Shown: in pieces, positions 1 through 13,262 of the stretch
Numbering within the stretch: position 1 is the stretch's first letter
How the letters are laid out: every line of letters starts with the position of its first letter
NCBI RefSeq assembly: GCF_006345805.1
Contig: NC_043024.1
Span: 1,550,001 to 1,614,000, forward strand
Source: Octopus sinensis
Taxonomy: Eukaryota
DNA length: 64,000 nucleotides
Reading direction: 5' to 3'
The notes under the pieces: generated by a model
Database searches by the model: none
The model's input: only the letters and a program-made list of their open reading frames with translations
What the model was told of the DNA's origin: nothing
Program-made: the position numbers and the translations under genes

Positions 1-3000
1 TCGACCTCGGCCGAGGAACAATACCATGACTTTGTACTCTGGTGGGGAACTCCTTAACTTCACTGTGTCATTACTGAAATTTTCTGGGCACAAGGTCTGA
101 AATTTTGGGGCAGAGGACTGGTTCATTACACTCGACTCCATTGCTCAACTGGTCCTTATTTTAATCGACCTTGAAAGAATGAAAGACAAAGTCAACTCCA
201 GCAGAATTTGAACTCTGAACATAAAGATCTACAACTACTAAGCATTTTCTCCAATGTGCTAACGATTCTGCCAGCTCACCATCTTAGAATATCTGAGTGA
301 ATAATATTACACCTGGGCCCAAGGTGGCAAGTTGGTAGAACCGTTAGCAGACCAGGTGAAAGGCTTGGAGGCATTTCATCTGTCTTTACATTTTGAGTTC
401 AAATTGCGCTGAGGTTGACTTTGCCTTTCATCTTTTCAGGGTTGATAAAATGAGTACCAGATGAGCTCTGGGGTCGATATAATCGATTTACCCTCCTCCC
501 TGAAATTGCTGGCCTTGTGTCAAAATTTGAAACCAATATTACATCAATCCCCAATACTTATTCTTCAGTCTGGTACTTTATTGTTCTCTTTTGCTGAACC
601 GTTAAGGTACAGGGACGTAAACTAACCAACACCAGTTAAGGGGTGGTGGTGGTGGGGACTAACACAGAGACACTGTGTGTGTAATATACAATAGGCTTCC
701 ACACAGTTTCCATCTCACAAATTCACTCACAAAGTATTTGTCAGCCCAGGGCTATAGAATAAAAAAAAAACGCACCTAAATTGCTGTGCAGTGGGTTTGA
801 ACCAAAAACCATGTGGTTGCAAAGTGAGCTTCCTTAAACACACAGTCATGCCTGCACCCTATATCTTATTTCCTTTTTCCTTTATTAAAGATGGGAGAGT
901 GTTATTTGGTGTGTGTGTGTGATTTAGCTGCTATTTCTAGCAATTCAATTGACCACATGGACATTGCCATAGGTTGTCAGTTTATATGATTTACTATTAT
1001 GTATGCTTATATGAGTTTGTATGGTTATATGATATAGTGAAACGGTGACATCTAAACCACTTTGAACAAAGTTAGACTCATTGAAATAATCACTTATAGT
1101 CATTAAAAATTGATTTATTTCTTTTTCTTTCTTTTCCTCTTCTTCTTCTTATTCAATAACTTGTCATGACTCAAGTTATTGATTTGTATCAATAGTCACC
1201 AAGGTGGCACCCGACAGTCTCTCGATTTTATTTTATAGGAGATCAATGATAGGAAATAGGAATTTCAGTCAAGTGTAGGTAATTTGCTGTGTTGTGAATA
1301 CAATTAGATAGGGAAAGCCATTTGTTACAGCTGTGTTTGTAACTGTGTACTTCTTTTGATAATGGTCCCCTTTTTTTTTTCCTGCTCTCCTGCTTTACAC
1401 AGTCACTTATGTAACTCCTCAATAGTAAGAAACCTGTTTTACCCAAGCCCCTCGTCTTGTACTTTTCCCTCTCTTTCACCCCTCATCTCCTAGCATAAAA
1501 TTGTCCTCTTGGGGTTCATAGTATTTGCAAAGTGCATGGCAGTGTCACTTGTGCTGGTGGCATTAAAAAGAAAAAAAGGCACCCAGTGCATATGGTTTGA
1601 TTGATTGGCATCAGAGAAGGCATCCAACTATACAAGCCATATCAAAACAGATACTTTGAGCAGAGTGCTGTCCCTGGGCCCATTTGTTCCTCTCACATCA
1701 TCCAACCCATGCCTGCATGGGATACGGACATTAAATGATGATAATATATAAAAAGACTTTATTGTGGCTCTGTGGTAAGAAGGTTGCTTGCCAACTACAC
1801 GATGCCGGGTTCAGTCCCACTGCATAGCACCTTGGGCGAGTGACTTCTGCTATAGCCTTGGGCTGACCAAAGCCTTGTGAGTGGATTTGGTTGATGGAAA
1901 CTGAAAGAAGCCCCTGTGTTTGTCCCCCCTCCACCATTGCTTGACAACTGGTGTTAGTGTGTTTACATCCCTGTTGCTTGATGGTCTGGCAAAAGAGTAA
2001 GTACCAGGCTTAAATAAAAAAGATTAAATGCTGGGGTTGATTCGCTTGGCTAAAATTCTGCAAGGTGCTGCCCCAGCATGGCCACCGTCTAATGACTAAA
2101 ACAAGTAAAAGATGTTATATATATATATATATATATAGCATGTGCTACCTTCAAGTTCTTTGCAACCACATGGTTTTGTGTTCAATTCCACTTTACAGCA
2201 TCTTGAGCAAGTGTCTTTTTGGACAATGGAAACTAAAAGAAGCCGGTCATGTGTATGTCTATGGGAGGTGGGGAGTTGTGTCTCCTTGATTTGATGTCTT
2301 GCACTGATCATAAGCGAATGTCACCACCGTCATAGAAGTAATGTCCTTTGTTTGCAGTCTTCCATGCAAACTTGTCCCACCATCATTTCATTTATATTGG
2401 AAGAAGTCTGGGAAATATTGCTTGGATGCTCTTCCTGTCACCAATGCTCACAGTTTCCAAGCCAACGGGAGAAGAATCTGCCTCAGTGAATTTTTTCTGG
2501 CTCAATGAAGCAAGGAAAAGTGGACTTTGAAATAACAAAGCATTCATTGTGCATACATACAAACACAGATGCAGGCATGCATGTACATACATAGAGTTAC
2601 TCATGCACACAAACACATGCATGCATGGCTGAACTTGGGTTCTTGGGTAGAGAGTGCAAATCCTTAATTCATACACTGCAAATGATCATGATATCTGGGA
2701 CTCTAAGAATCTGCAAGGACTTTAAAGGACGATGGTTAAACGAAGGTGCTTTCCTTCACAACCTTGCTACCAACACTTGGTGCCTGGTCCAGATCTTCTC
2801 TAAATTTAAAAGAGAAAGAGGATATACATGTATGTTACTGGTTAAAAAACTTGGTTTCTGTTGTCTTTGATTTCAATAAAAACTTCTAATACCTATTTCT
2901 TTACTACCCATAAGGGGCTAAGCGCAGAAGGGACAAACAAGGACAGACAAACGGATTAAGTCGATTATGTCAACCCCAGTGCATAACTGGTATTTATTTA

Positions 3001-3319
3001 ATTGACCCCGAAAGGATGAAAGGCAGTGGAATTTGAACTCAGAACATAGCAGCAGACAAAATACCGCAAAGCACTTTGCCCGGCGTGCTAACATTTCTGC
3101 CAGCTTGTCGCCCTTTAACTTTTACAATAAAGGCTCTTCCTGTATTTATGAATTTTCTGCAAGTTTTCCCTTTGTCATTTTGTCTTTTTTCCTTACTTAC
3201 AGCTCCTGTGTTCTTTTTCTCTCTATTCATTGTCTCTGATATATCCTGCTTATCTCTGTATTATTAGTAGTAATACATAATATCATTCTCATGTATGTCT
3301 GGTATTCTGTATATTTCAG

Positions 3320-3474
3320 ATTTCTGAATGAATATGAAAAAGTTAATTTTCTCGGAGAAGATCCTGACCATGAGATCATGGATGATGATGAAGATGGACC
3401 ATCACGTAAAAAGTCTTCCACCCCTTTACACAATGTACCCCTCACATACAAGTACAATCAGCATAAAGTCTCAG
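3320..3474 (+). CDS. ARID2: ARID2 exon (first in window): end of ARID domain and acidic linker
   Basis: tttcag|A...TCAG|gtcagt. Encodes (R)FLNEYEKVNFLGEDPDHEIMDDDEDG...VPLTYKYNQHKVS, resembling ARID2 RYLEKYEKVHHFGEDD...IPSSYNYQQH as recalled. 155 nt, phase 2 to 1. Confidence 0.9.
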
Positions 3475-4229
3475 GTCAGTTTCAATTTGATCTTTTCTTT
3501 TGTTATTCATATTTCTTTTGTTTTAGCTACTACTAATAGATGTTGGTTGATCCTAGAACAGCTCTAACCAAGTAGGCTTATGATCAGAGGCAATCTAACC
3601 ATGACCATCCATTCTTTTCTGTTTTAGTGTATATGTAGGACTACATTATCCAATTTATCTTTTCTTGTTTAAGGTGGCTGAATGGATTTGTGAGAGCTTT
3701 GTCTGCTATTTCTAGCCATTTGAATGACCAGGTGTATGGTTCCTTATTGACTCCTTGTTTCCTGCAACTTGGAGCATACTGTTGCTAATGGCTGAAGAGT
3801 TGCTATTTCATATTCTGTCACCGAATGTTGTTCCATGATCTCTGATCAACACCCTTTATCTCCCTGTGCCCAATTCCTTTAGCTATAAAAAAAATATGAA
3901 CTGTGGAGAGAAATGTGTACTGTGGACTTGCAAACCAGAAATGGTGGTGTTGGCGGTAGTGTCTGTTTCTTCAACAAATGTTTTAACTCCAATTATTGAG
4001 TTCAAATACTTCTCGAGGCAGACAAGGGAACGAGAAGGTCTTTATGTGATTGCTCAAATTGTTAAAAATAGCAGTGAAATGTTCCTCAAATTGCAGTCAT
4101 CTTTAACCCTTTAGCATTGAAACTGGCCATATCCAGCCCAAGTATTGTATCTGTTTTACGTTCAAAATGGCTACATTGGGCCTTTCACACCCTCCCTACA
4201 ATGTCATTCTATAAATAAACACTCGCATC

Positions 4230-4628
4230 ATCGTCTGGCACCTGTGTCGGTGGCACATAAAAACACCATCCGAGCGTGGCCGTCTGCCAGCCTCGTCTGG
4301 CACCTGTGTTGGTGGCACATAAAAAAATACCATCCGAGCGTGGCCGTCTGCCAGCCTCGTCTGGCACCTGTGTTGGTGGCACATAAAAAAATACCATCCG
4401 AGCGTGGCCGTCTGCCAGCCTCGTCTGGCACCTGTGTCGGTGGCACATAAAAGCACCCACTACACTCTCGGAGTGGTTGGCGTTAGGAAGGGCATCCAGC
4501 TGTAGAAACACTGCCAGATCTGACTGGCCTGGTGCAGCCTTCGAGCTTGCCAGACCCCAGTTGAACCGTCCAACCCATGCTAGCATGGAAAGCGGACGTT
4601 AAACGATGATGATGATGATGATGATGAT
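4230..4628 (+). mobile_element. SINE/LINE-tail family C copy with internal 64-bp tandem repeat and (GAT)n tail
   Basis: AAAAGCACCCACTACACTCTCGGAGTGGTTGGCGTTAGGAAGGGCATCCAGC...GGACGTTAAACGATGATG. Other copies near 9870-10080(-), 46400-46535, 56830-57333, 62300-62400(-). Confidence 0.8.
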
Positions 4629-5640
4629 TGAAATCTTGAGGCTGTAAGATGATGCAGGATTAAACCAGAATACTGTGAATAAATAAGCATTGCACTTGAC
4701 AGAGTAATCTGAATGGTAAAGGCTTAATAAACAAACATGTTGGATAATGTTGTTCTGGGTTCCTTGCACATAGGAAGAAGTGGGGATGATCATTGCTGAA
4801 ATGCTTGATCAAGGCTGACCTGGGGCTAAAAATACCCAACTGTCTGAGACCAAATCCATGAAAGACTGACATTTTTTATCTGAAGCGACTCAGTAAAAAT
4901 ACACACAAAAATATAGAATATTTATAATTATGGTATTTGGAGGAAACGGGAGGGGGTTCGGTGTTTTGGACAGAGGCCCTTTGTGATGAAGGGGGGAAAA
5001 AAGAAGAGGCATAGGAAGGTTAGATGAAGAATAGTGTTGTTTATATCAAAGAAATTGTGGGTGAATGAAAAAAAATGGGAGTGGATAGAAAGAAAATGTA
5101 TAGAATGGTATTTTGTAGGCGAAAGAGTGAAGATGGATGGATATAAGTGGAATGAGTTGGATTGGTAAGAAAATATGAGAGAGAGAGAGAGAGAGAGAGC
5201 GCCGTGGTTATTTGTGATCATGTTATGAATAGGGATGTGTGTTCTAGGAAATAGTGTGTGTGTGTGAAGGCACATGGCCTTGTGGTTAGGGTGTTACACT
5301 AATGATTGCAAGATTGTGGGTTCAATTCCTGGACCAGCTGGTGCATTGTGTTCTTGTGCAAAACACTTCTTTTCGTGTTGCCCCAGTCCACTCAGCTGTA
5401 AATTGGTGCTAACCCTGCAATGGACTCACCTTCTGATTAGGGGCAATGCTTGCCGAACCAACAGGGTGGCATCATTTGAAAGCTAGAATGATACAAAGCG
5501 CATTGTGGCCAGCAAGGTATAATATCTGATAGTCTGGTCAGTCATGTGATCATATGATATTTTGTTTGCATGGAAAATGAATGTTAAATGATGATGATTA
5601 TACACATGCATGGGCACACACATAAACATTGTTTACTGCA

Positions 5641-5735
5641 TGCATACATGTAGCACACATGTATGCATTTGCATACATGTAGCACACATGTATGCATTTG
5701 CATACATGTAGCACACATGTATGCATTTGCATACA
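5641..5735. repeat. Three copies of a 29-bp self-complementary tandem repeat
   Basis: Unit GCATACATGTAGCACACATGTATGCATTT at 5642, 5671 and 5700. Confidence 0.9.
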
Positions 5736-6009
5736 CATGACATTTTTGAGAGATAGAGAGAGAGAGAGTTCTTCAGTAAATTACCATTATGATAACAAGG
5801 ATTAACTCTCGGTCAGCTGTTATACTACAATGGTACACTGACTACCTCACTGGGTAGATAATAGCCATATTATGTTTTAGGGAAGACCGAATCAACATTT
5901 TCACCTGATAGAAAATTGCATCCCTACTCACATCTGCTGCAACAGTACCCCATATGATTTCCAACATTGCATCCACAAATATCTCACTTGATCTTCATGC
6001 ATACCTCAA

Positions 6010-6345
6010 CAATATCCCATATGATCTCAAGCCCTTGATATAATAACACACGTATGATATCCAGCCCTTGCCCTTAACAGCATTCCATATCTCCAGACCT
6101 TGCCCTCAGCAATATTCCATATGATCTCCAGCCCTTTGCCCTCAACTGTATTCCATATCTCCAGCCCTTGCCCTCAACTGTATTCCAGATCTCCAGAACT
6201 TACCCTTTGCAATATTCCATATGATCTTTAACCCTTGCCCTCAACAGTATTCCATATGAATTCCAGACCTTACTGCCACAATATCCTTAAGCCCTTGCCG
6301 CAATAAATCTTGCATGATATCACAACGATATCCTTATGATCTTCC
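6010..6345. repeat. Degenerate minisatellite, unit about 30 bp
   Basis: Recurring ATTCCATAT(GAT)CTCCAGCCCTTGCCCTCAAC, roughly ten copies. Confidence 0.75.
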
Positions 6346-6462
6346 ACATGATTTCAATCCCCAGCCACAGTAGTTCCTCGTAATTTCTTCCCAGTGTTGA
6401 GTGAATATTTAAAGAAAAATCTATGTGAAACTATATGCAGTTGTTGTTTTGTTGTTTTGCAG

Positions 6463-6681
6463 AGACTGCACGTCAAAATGCTGGTTTGTCTTGCCAGTTT
6501 GTTACATTCAGTGACTACGACAAGTTGGAAATGGCTTTAATGTCTGGATTACCGAATGAAGTAGACTTTGTGGTCAACGTGTGCACTTTACTCTCCAACG
6601 ATGGCAAACGCTCATTACGCTTGGACAAATCCAAGCATCTACTAGATCTTCTTTTAGCACACATAGGAATTTTTTCACTCG
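6463..6681 (+). CDS. ARID2: ARID2 exon
   Basis: ttgcag|AG...CTCG|gtaagt. Encodes DYDKLEMALMSGLPNEVDFVVNVCTLLSND, the conserved ARID2 SGLPNEVDF.INVCTLLSN motif. 219 nt, phase 1 to 1. Confidence 0.95.
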
Positions 6682-7398
6682 GTAAGTACATCCATTATTC
6701 TTTGCTTTTTATTTAATGTTTCAGCATTTGAGCTGGCCATGGTGAGTCTACATTACTCCATAAGGAGCATGGGGCTAATTTCCTGGTTTCTCTGGTATTT
6801 ATATTCCTTCCTGGATCGGACACTGGTTCATCGCTAGATAACTCGTTTTTACCAGGTGAGAGGGCAGGAGTGGCATGAAATGAAGTGTTTTGCTCAAGAA
6901 CACAATGCACCATCTAGTACAGGAATTGAAACCACAATGTTATGATCATGGCTCCAACACACTAACCACTAAGCCATATTTGCACAAAATATACATGTTT
7001 TATGTTCAAATCAGCCAGACCTGCTCTCTCACACCTACCCTACAATGTTCTAAAACAATAATGTCATCATTGAAATCTCGAAGCTATGAGATAAGCCATG
7101 ATTAATTGAAAACAACAATGAACAAATTAGCCTAACATTTGACAGTAATCTGAGTATTAAAGGGTTAAATTGGCTGTGTGGTTAGGGAGCTTGCTTCCCA
7201 ACTACATGGTTTCGGGTTCAGTCCCACTGTGTGGCACTTTGGGCAGGTGTCTTCCACTATAGCCCCGAGTCGACCGAAGCTTTCTGATTGAATTCGGTAG
7301 GCGGAAGTTACTGCCGTGTGTGTATGTGTGCGTATAGCTGCTCAGTGCCTCTCCGAAAGAGAGAGAGAGGGTAGTTTAACTGAAATACTTTTAGATTA

Positions 7399-7580
7399 AA
7401 CTAGCAGTATCGCCCGGTGTTGCTCAGGTTTGTTTTGACCCTTTAGAATTGGAATTTTTGAAAAGCAAAAATTTCTTTTTAAGTGAACATTTTTCTGGTT
7501 GAAATACACCAAAAAATGGCGACACAGCAGTCAAAAAATCATAAAAAATAGGGATTTTCATAGAAAAAATGCACATGGGT
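7399..7580 (+). mobile_element. Possible Helitron/Helentron-like non-autonomous element, 5' part
   Basis: Starts AACTAGCAGTATCGCCCGGTGTTGCTCAGG, resembling ACTAG...CCCGGCGTTGCYCGGG termini. No 3' end identified. Confidence 0.3.
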
Positions 7581-8062
7581 TGGATGATGTTTATTAAGGT
7601 GAATGTTTTTGTGGTTGGATGCCCTTCATTTTGTCAACTCTCACCTGTTCCCAAGTGTGGTAATATTCCCTATCGCCCTAGGGCAGCAAGCTAGCAGAAA
7701 CTTTAGCAGGCTGGGCCAAATGCTTAGCGGTATTTCGTCTGCCGCTACGTTCTGAGTTCAAATTCCGCCTAGGTCGATTTTGTCTTTCATCCTTTTAGGG
7801 TCTATTAAATAAGTACCAGTTACTTACTGGGGTCGATATAATCGACTTAATCTGTTTGACTGTCCTTGTTTGTCCCCTCTGTGTTTAGCCCCTTGTAGGT
7901 CGTAAAAAAAAATAAGAGTGTACTGGGTGCTTTTTACGTGGTACATATAACCTTATTTGATGCCACAACACTGGCAGAGTTGAACACACTTTGCTAATGA
8001 GACAAAATGATAAAGTTGTGATGGATGCTGGGATATTTTTATAACCTCAATTGGCCGACTCA

Positions 8063-8290
8063 TTAACCCTTTCGTTACCGTATTTCTGTTGAGATGCTCT
8101 GTGTTTCTTCCAATTATTTTAAATATAATAAAGAATTTAGTAAAATAACTTGGTTATCATTGAGCTAGTGTTAGGAACATAAATTGTGACTAAGGTTTGG
8201 TGGAAGATTTTAATTCAAAACTTATGAAAACAAGACATTTGTACTCAGAGCCAGAACCAGTTTCAGCCGGGTTGGTATCAAAAGGGTTAA
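8063..8290. mobile_element. piggyBac-like MITE, 220 bp between TTAA duplications
   Basis: TTAA|CCCTTTCGTTACC...GGTATCAAAAGGG|TTAA. CCC/GGG termini with TTAA target site. Confidence 0.7.
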
Positions 8291-8639
8291 ATAATTTCAA
8301 CTTCTCAAATGTTTGCAGTTATTGATTAAACTTGGACTGTTCAAGGGTCATTCTGCAATGCCAGTTGAGTTGTTTCAGATGATAATCCATGAACCAGAAG
8401 TTCAGTCCCTGGACTCTGTGGTCCTACATTAATGGTCAGTGTTGGCTGGGAGCTGCTGGTCAGTTTAACCTTTCATAACCCTTTAGCATCTGGATTACTC
8501 TGTCCAGTCTAATGCTTATCTATATACATTGCCTTGAATTAATCCGGCATTATCCTTTAGCTTTCAGATTTCAAAGATGTGATTGCTTAATATTAGAACG
8601 ACATTGTAGGGTAGGTGTGAGAAGCCAGACCTGGCCAGT

Positions 8640-8865
8640 TTAACCCCTTAGCATTCAGATTATTCTGTCAAATGTTCTGCTTATTTATTCTCGTTTGGAA
8701 TTAATCCTGCATTATCTCAGAGCTTTGAGATTTCAGTGATGTTATTGTTATAGTTTTAGAATAACATTGTAAGGTGGGTGTGAGAGGCTGGATCTGGCTG
8801 GTTTGAACATATAACAGGTAGAATATTTGGGTCTGATATGGCTGATTTGCATACTAAAGACTTAA
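8640..8865. mobile_element. Second TTAA-flanked MITE family (degenerate example)
   Basis: TTAACCCCTTAGCATTCAGATTATTCTGTCAAATG...ACTAAAGACTTAA. Similar copies near 4103-4230, 28930-29130, 35290-35450, 37585-37760, 39425-39640, 47845-48005, 51890-52160, 55775-55910. Confidence 0.5.
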
Positions 8866-11546
8866 TGTCAAACAACTAGAAATAATTGTTGATTGGACAG
8901 ATTAATTAGATTTCATTCCAATTACATACAGACTCCCTAATTGTGGTGGAAGATACTGTTACTTATTCTACTAATGTCGTCTACTTGTTTCAGCCATTAG
9001 ATTCTGGCCATGCTGGGGCACCGCCTTAAAAAACTTTTAGTTGAATGAATCAACCCCAGTACTTGACTGTTTTTTTTAAAACTTGGTACCTATTGTATCA
9101 GTCTCTTTTGATAAATTGCTAGGCTATGGGGATATAAACACGCAGACACTGGTCGTCAAGTAGTGGTAGGAGACAAACAGACACAACCCCCCACACACGA
9201 TGGACTTCTTTCAGTTTCCATCTACTAATTCCATTCATAAGTCTTTGGTTGGCCCAAGGCTGTAGTAGAAGACACTTGCCCAAGGTACCATGCAGTGGGA
9301 CTGAACCTGGAACCATGTGGTTGGGAAGTAAGCTTCTTACCACTCAGCCATGCCTGCACCTATGTAGTAAGAAAAGGGAAACCCCTCCAATTTATATAGT
9401 AAGAAAAGGGAAACCTCTCCTGAAAAAAGCATCTACATTGGCCTATAAATAGAACTTGATAATCCTTTTGTATGTCACCCTCTAATCCCTAACACATGCT
9501 CAGCCAAGTCACCTGGCTGTCTAACCCAGCAAACAATGAAAGAACTCTTTATGTAAGTTGCCACACCTGCTGAGACGTAAGCTCTAATTTCACGGCTTCT
9601 TAAGCAAGACATTGCGACATATTCTCCTTTGTTTCTCCTCTAAAAGTATAAGTTCAGATCATGCACTTTAATTAATTGTTTCGTTAAAATATCCGACATA
9701 AACTGAATTACCCAACTCCTGCAAGCGTAATGTGTGAGTCTTGATGTGGTCATTTCACTGGCTAAAAATAGCTGTCAGTTTCTCTCAAATCACACCAAAC
9801 CAGCTTAAAAATAGAAACACATTGGGTAATCATATAATCTCTCACAGCTTTGAGATTTCAATGATGATGATGATCATCATCGTTTAACGTCTTCTTTCCA
9901 TGCTAGCATGGGTTGGACGATTTTGACTGGGGCTAGTGAACCAGATGGCTGCACCAGGCTCCAATCTGATCTGGCAATGTTTCTACAGCTAGATGCCCCT
10001 CCTAACGCCAATGACTCCGAGAGTGTAGTGGGTGCTTTTTACATGCCAACGGCACAGGGGCCAGTCAGGCGATGTTGGTAGATGTGATTGTTTATGTTTG
10101 GAATGACATTGTAGGGCAGGTGTGAGAGGCCAGATCTATTCAGTTTGAGCATAAAACAGGTAAAATATTTGGGCAGATTTGGCCAGTTTAAATAGTAAGG
10201 CAAAGGAATTTGAACCCTTTATCACATCTCGTTGAGTGGGTTCAGCTATAAATCAAAGATGGGGATTGCCCTACTACCTGTCTTAAATAAGGTTTTGTTG
10301 TTTAGCTATGAGCCAGCTCTGATCCGACAAACATTTGGTCAAAAATGCTCCAGCATGGCATAGTGGTGAGGATGTTGTGCTCATGATTGCAAGATTATGG
10401 CTTTGTCCCCCAGATCAGGCAGCTCCCTGTATTCTTGAGCAAAGCCCTTCATTTCATGCATCCCCAGTCCATTCAATTGTAAATGAGAATCCCTGCAATG
10501 GACTGGCAACGGGTGTGATCTTGGCTGCATTTATACCATGGAAACTGGATAACTGGCCCTACGAGTCCCAGGACTTGAGAAGCTAATGTCCAGAGGTTGG
10601 TGATGATGTCGATGATTTGTTTAGCACGTTAAATACATACAGCACACACTGTAAAGTGTTTGGCATTAGGAAGGGCATCCAACCATAGAAACCAAGCTCA
10701 TGTCAAACTGGGAGTGGTCTTGGGCAGGTTGGTATCACATCACAATAATGTGATTTGAGGTGCTTTCAGCATTGTTTTTTGCGTTTGATCTAATTTTGAA
10801 AATAATGAAGGATTTAGGAAAATGATTTTGTTAAGTTGGTATTAACATGAAATTTGGAGGGAAGTTTTAATCTAGATCACTTTAAATAAAAAGTTTATAT
10901 CAAAATTGGGGGCAGTCGGAGGCAGGTTGGTAACAAAGGGTTAAGATAGTAATGGGGTTTTTAGTGGTATTTAGCTGCTATTTCTAGCTGGTCGTGTGAC
11001 TACATAGAAGCTTCCACATAGGTTTATGACTGTGATGGTGGTACCAACACCATTGTCGTGATGTGGAAATAAAACTTGCTTTGACCTTATTTATTTCAGT
11101 TACAATAAGGTACCTCGTTGATGCTGGATATTTAGGAAGAGGAAAAAATAAAAGACCACGATTGTACCCAGTCATGTATTCATGGGGTAGAGTCCTCAGG
11201 TACCTCCTCCATAGGGTCTTATCAGAAGTAACCATTATTTTTAGATTTTCCAATGGAAAATCTAATAATAATGGTTTACATCCTTAACACTTTCATTACC
11301 ATATTTATATCGAAATGCACTTTTTATTTCAATTAATTTTTAAGATAATGAACTTAATAAAATAACCATCATTATTAATCTGATGCTTAAAACCTAGATT
11401 AATATTAAATTTTGATAGGTTTTAATTTTTAAAACCACCTAAAAACAAGAAGTCTGTATCATTGAACCAGGGTCAAATCTCAGGTGGGTTCATATCAAAA
11501 ATCAGTATCTTAACCCGTTCTTAACTACAATTTCTTTTTATTGCAG

Positions 11547-11614
11547 GGGAAAGTTCTTTAGAAGAACTCTACGAAAATGGTTGGCGACCATTTTCTAAAA
11601 GGAATTTTGTGAAG
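11547..11614 (+). CDS. ARID2: ARID2 exon
   Basis: ttgcag|GG...AAG|gtaaat. Encodes GESSLEELYENGWRPFSKRNFVK. 68 nt, phase 1 to 0. Not in the ORF track. Confidence 0.88.
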
Positions 11615-12739
11615 GTAAATTTTTGTTTTTCCTTTCTTTTGCTTCTGCAGTTGCATCAACTAATTTTCTTGGCACTCCTGGTACCAGATCCTTACCAGAT
11701 TTCATAGACTAACAGAGCTTACATCATAATAATTTTGGCTAAATTTCTTGGAACTCCTTCATTACCAATTCCTCGTGACACACCTTTGTTTATTCAAGAG
11801 GAAATATCTTAAGAAGGTGGAATTACTCACCTTCCCCTCAACCAGTATAAATATCAAGGTGCAAATCTTACACCAAGCGCTAACCTCGTCACTCTAGGAC
11901 ACCCTCCCAGGACACTCTCTCATGAAATGTAATCATAAAAAGTATATATTTATCTTTCTCTTTCATGCTGAGCGATACATTAGGGGATGCTAAAAAAAAT
12001 TCCTGTCTCTAAAGGTATTGTGAAAGGCCTGGTTGGAGGGCCAACCTTCTGAGTTCTTTTACAGGGCTTAGAAAAACTGAAGGACTGCTGGTAAGCCAAA
12101 GGGTTGCATCAGGTTCCAGTCATCTGTTTTGGCATGGTTTCTATGACTGCATGGTTCTGGGTTCTGTTCCACCGCATGGCACCTTGGGCAAATGTCTTCT
12201 GCTACAGCTTTGGGTTGACCAAAGCTTTGTGAATGAAATTTGGGAGACAGAAACTGAAAGAAGCCTGTCGTGTGTGTGTGTGGTTGTTGTATCTGTGTCC
12301 CCCACCACTGCTTGGCAACTGGTGTTGGTGTGTTTATGTCCCTCTAATTTAATGGCTCAGCAAGAGATACCTATAGTAAAATTGCCTGGCTTGAAGAAAA
12401 GTCCTGGGGTTGATTCGTTTGACCAAATTTATTCAAGACAGTGCCCCAACATGGCCACAGTCTAATGTGGGCAAACAAACAAATATAAGCTGCACCTCTG
12501 AAATTGGGGTCTGTCTTCTATGCTATCAAATGTTAAATGCACCAAAGTTTTTAAAGTGGACCTCTGGGATTTGGGACCTAAAAATTTAAAAGTTAAATAG
12601 GGAGAGAAAGGGAAAGCTTTTAACCCTGCAGTGTGAGAAAATGGCTTATTTGTTGGATTAAATAAATCAGAGTTAAATTCCATTGTTTTTTTTTTTATAT
12701 GTAATATCTCTGCATTGTATCAGTCTCAATGTCTCTATT

Positions 12740-13124
12740 GGAGGTGCAGTGGCCCAGTGGTTAGGGCAGCGGACTCACGGTTATAGGATCGCGGTTTCTA
12801 TTCCCAGACTGGGCGTTGTGAGTGTTTATTGAGCGAAAACACCTAAAGCTCCACGAGGCTCCGGCAGGGGATGGTGGTGATCCCTGCTGTACTCTTTCAC
12901 CACAACTTTCTCTCACTCTTACTTCCTGTTTCTGTTGTACCTGTATTTCAAAGGGCCGGCCTTGTCACTCTCTGTGTCACGCTGAATATCCCCAAGAACT
13001 ACGTTAAGGGTACACGTGTCTGTGGAGTGCTCAGCCACTTACATGTTAATTTCACGAGCAGGCTGTTCTGTTGATTCGGATCAACCGGAACCCTCGTCGT
13101 TGTAACCGACGGAGTGCTTCCATC
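12740..13124 (+). mobile_element. Young tRNA-derived SINE with 11-bp target-site duplication
   Basis: A-box TGGCCCAGTGG and B-box-like GGTTTCTATTCCC. TSD ATGTCTCTATT at 12729-12739 and 13125-13135. Near-identical to 14761-15143. Confidence 0.85.
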
Positions 13125-13189
13125 ATGTCTCTATTATATCCGTATCTAAGCGGGATTGTTGTTGATGTATTTTTCTTTTCTGTTTTCAG

Positions 13190-13262
13190 TTCTGGTATGA
13201 TACAGTGTATGATAAAGAAGTTCGTGAAATGATCTCAGACACGAGGGATGCATCGCTGATAA
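13190..13262 (+). CDS. ARID2: ARID2 exon
   Basis: tttcag|TTCTGG...ATAA|gtaaat. Encodes FWYDTVYDKEVREMISDTRDASLI (compare FWKDIVDDNEVRDLISD). 73 nt, phase 0 to 1. Confidence 0.88.

Noticed and set aside
4230-4456. Regularly spaced direct repeats resembling a CRISPR array
   Set aside because: Units are contiguous with no unique spacers, lie in a eukaryotic retroposon, and have no cas genes nearby.
4145-4586. Several overlapping ORFs
   Set aside because: Produced by the 64-bp tandem repeat inside a SINE.
4960-4988. Minus-strand hammerhead relic (TCACAAAG GGGC ctct GTCC AAAACACC)
   Set aside because: Only stem II survives; the CUGANGA core and G12 are destroyed. Too degenerate to call.
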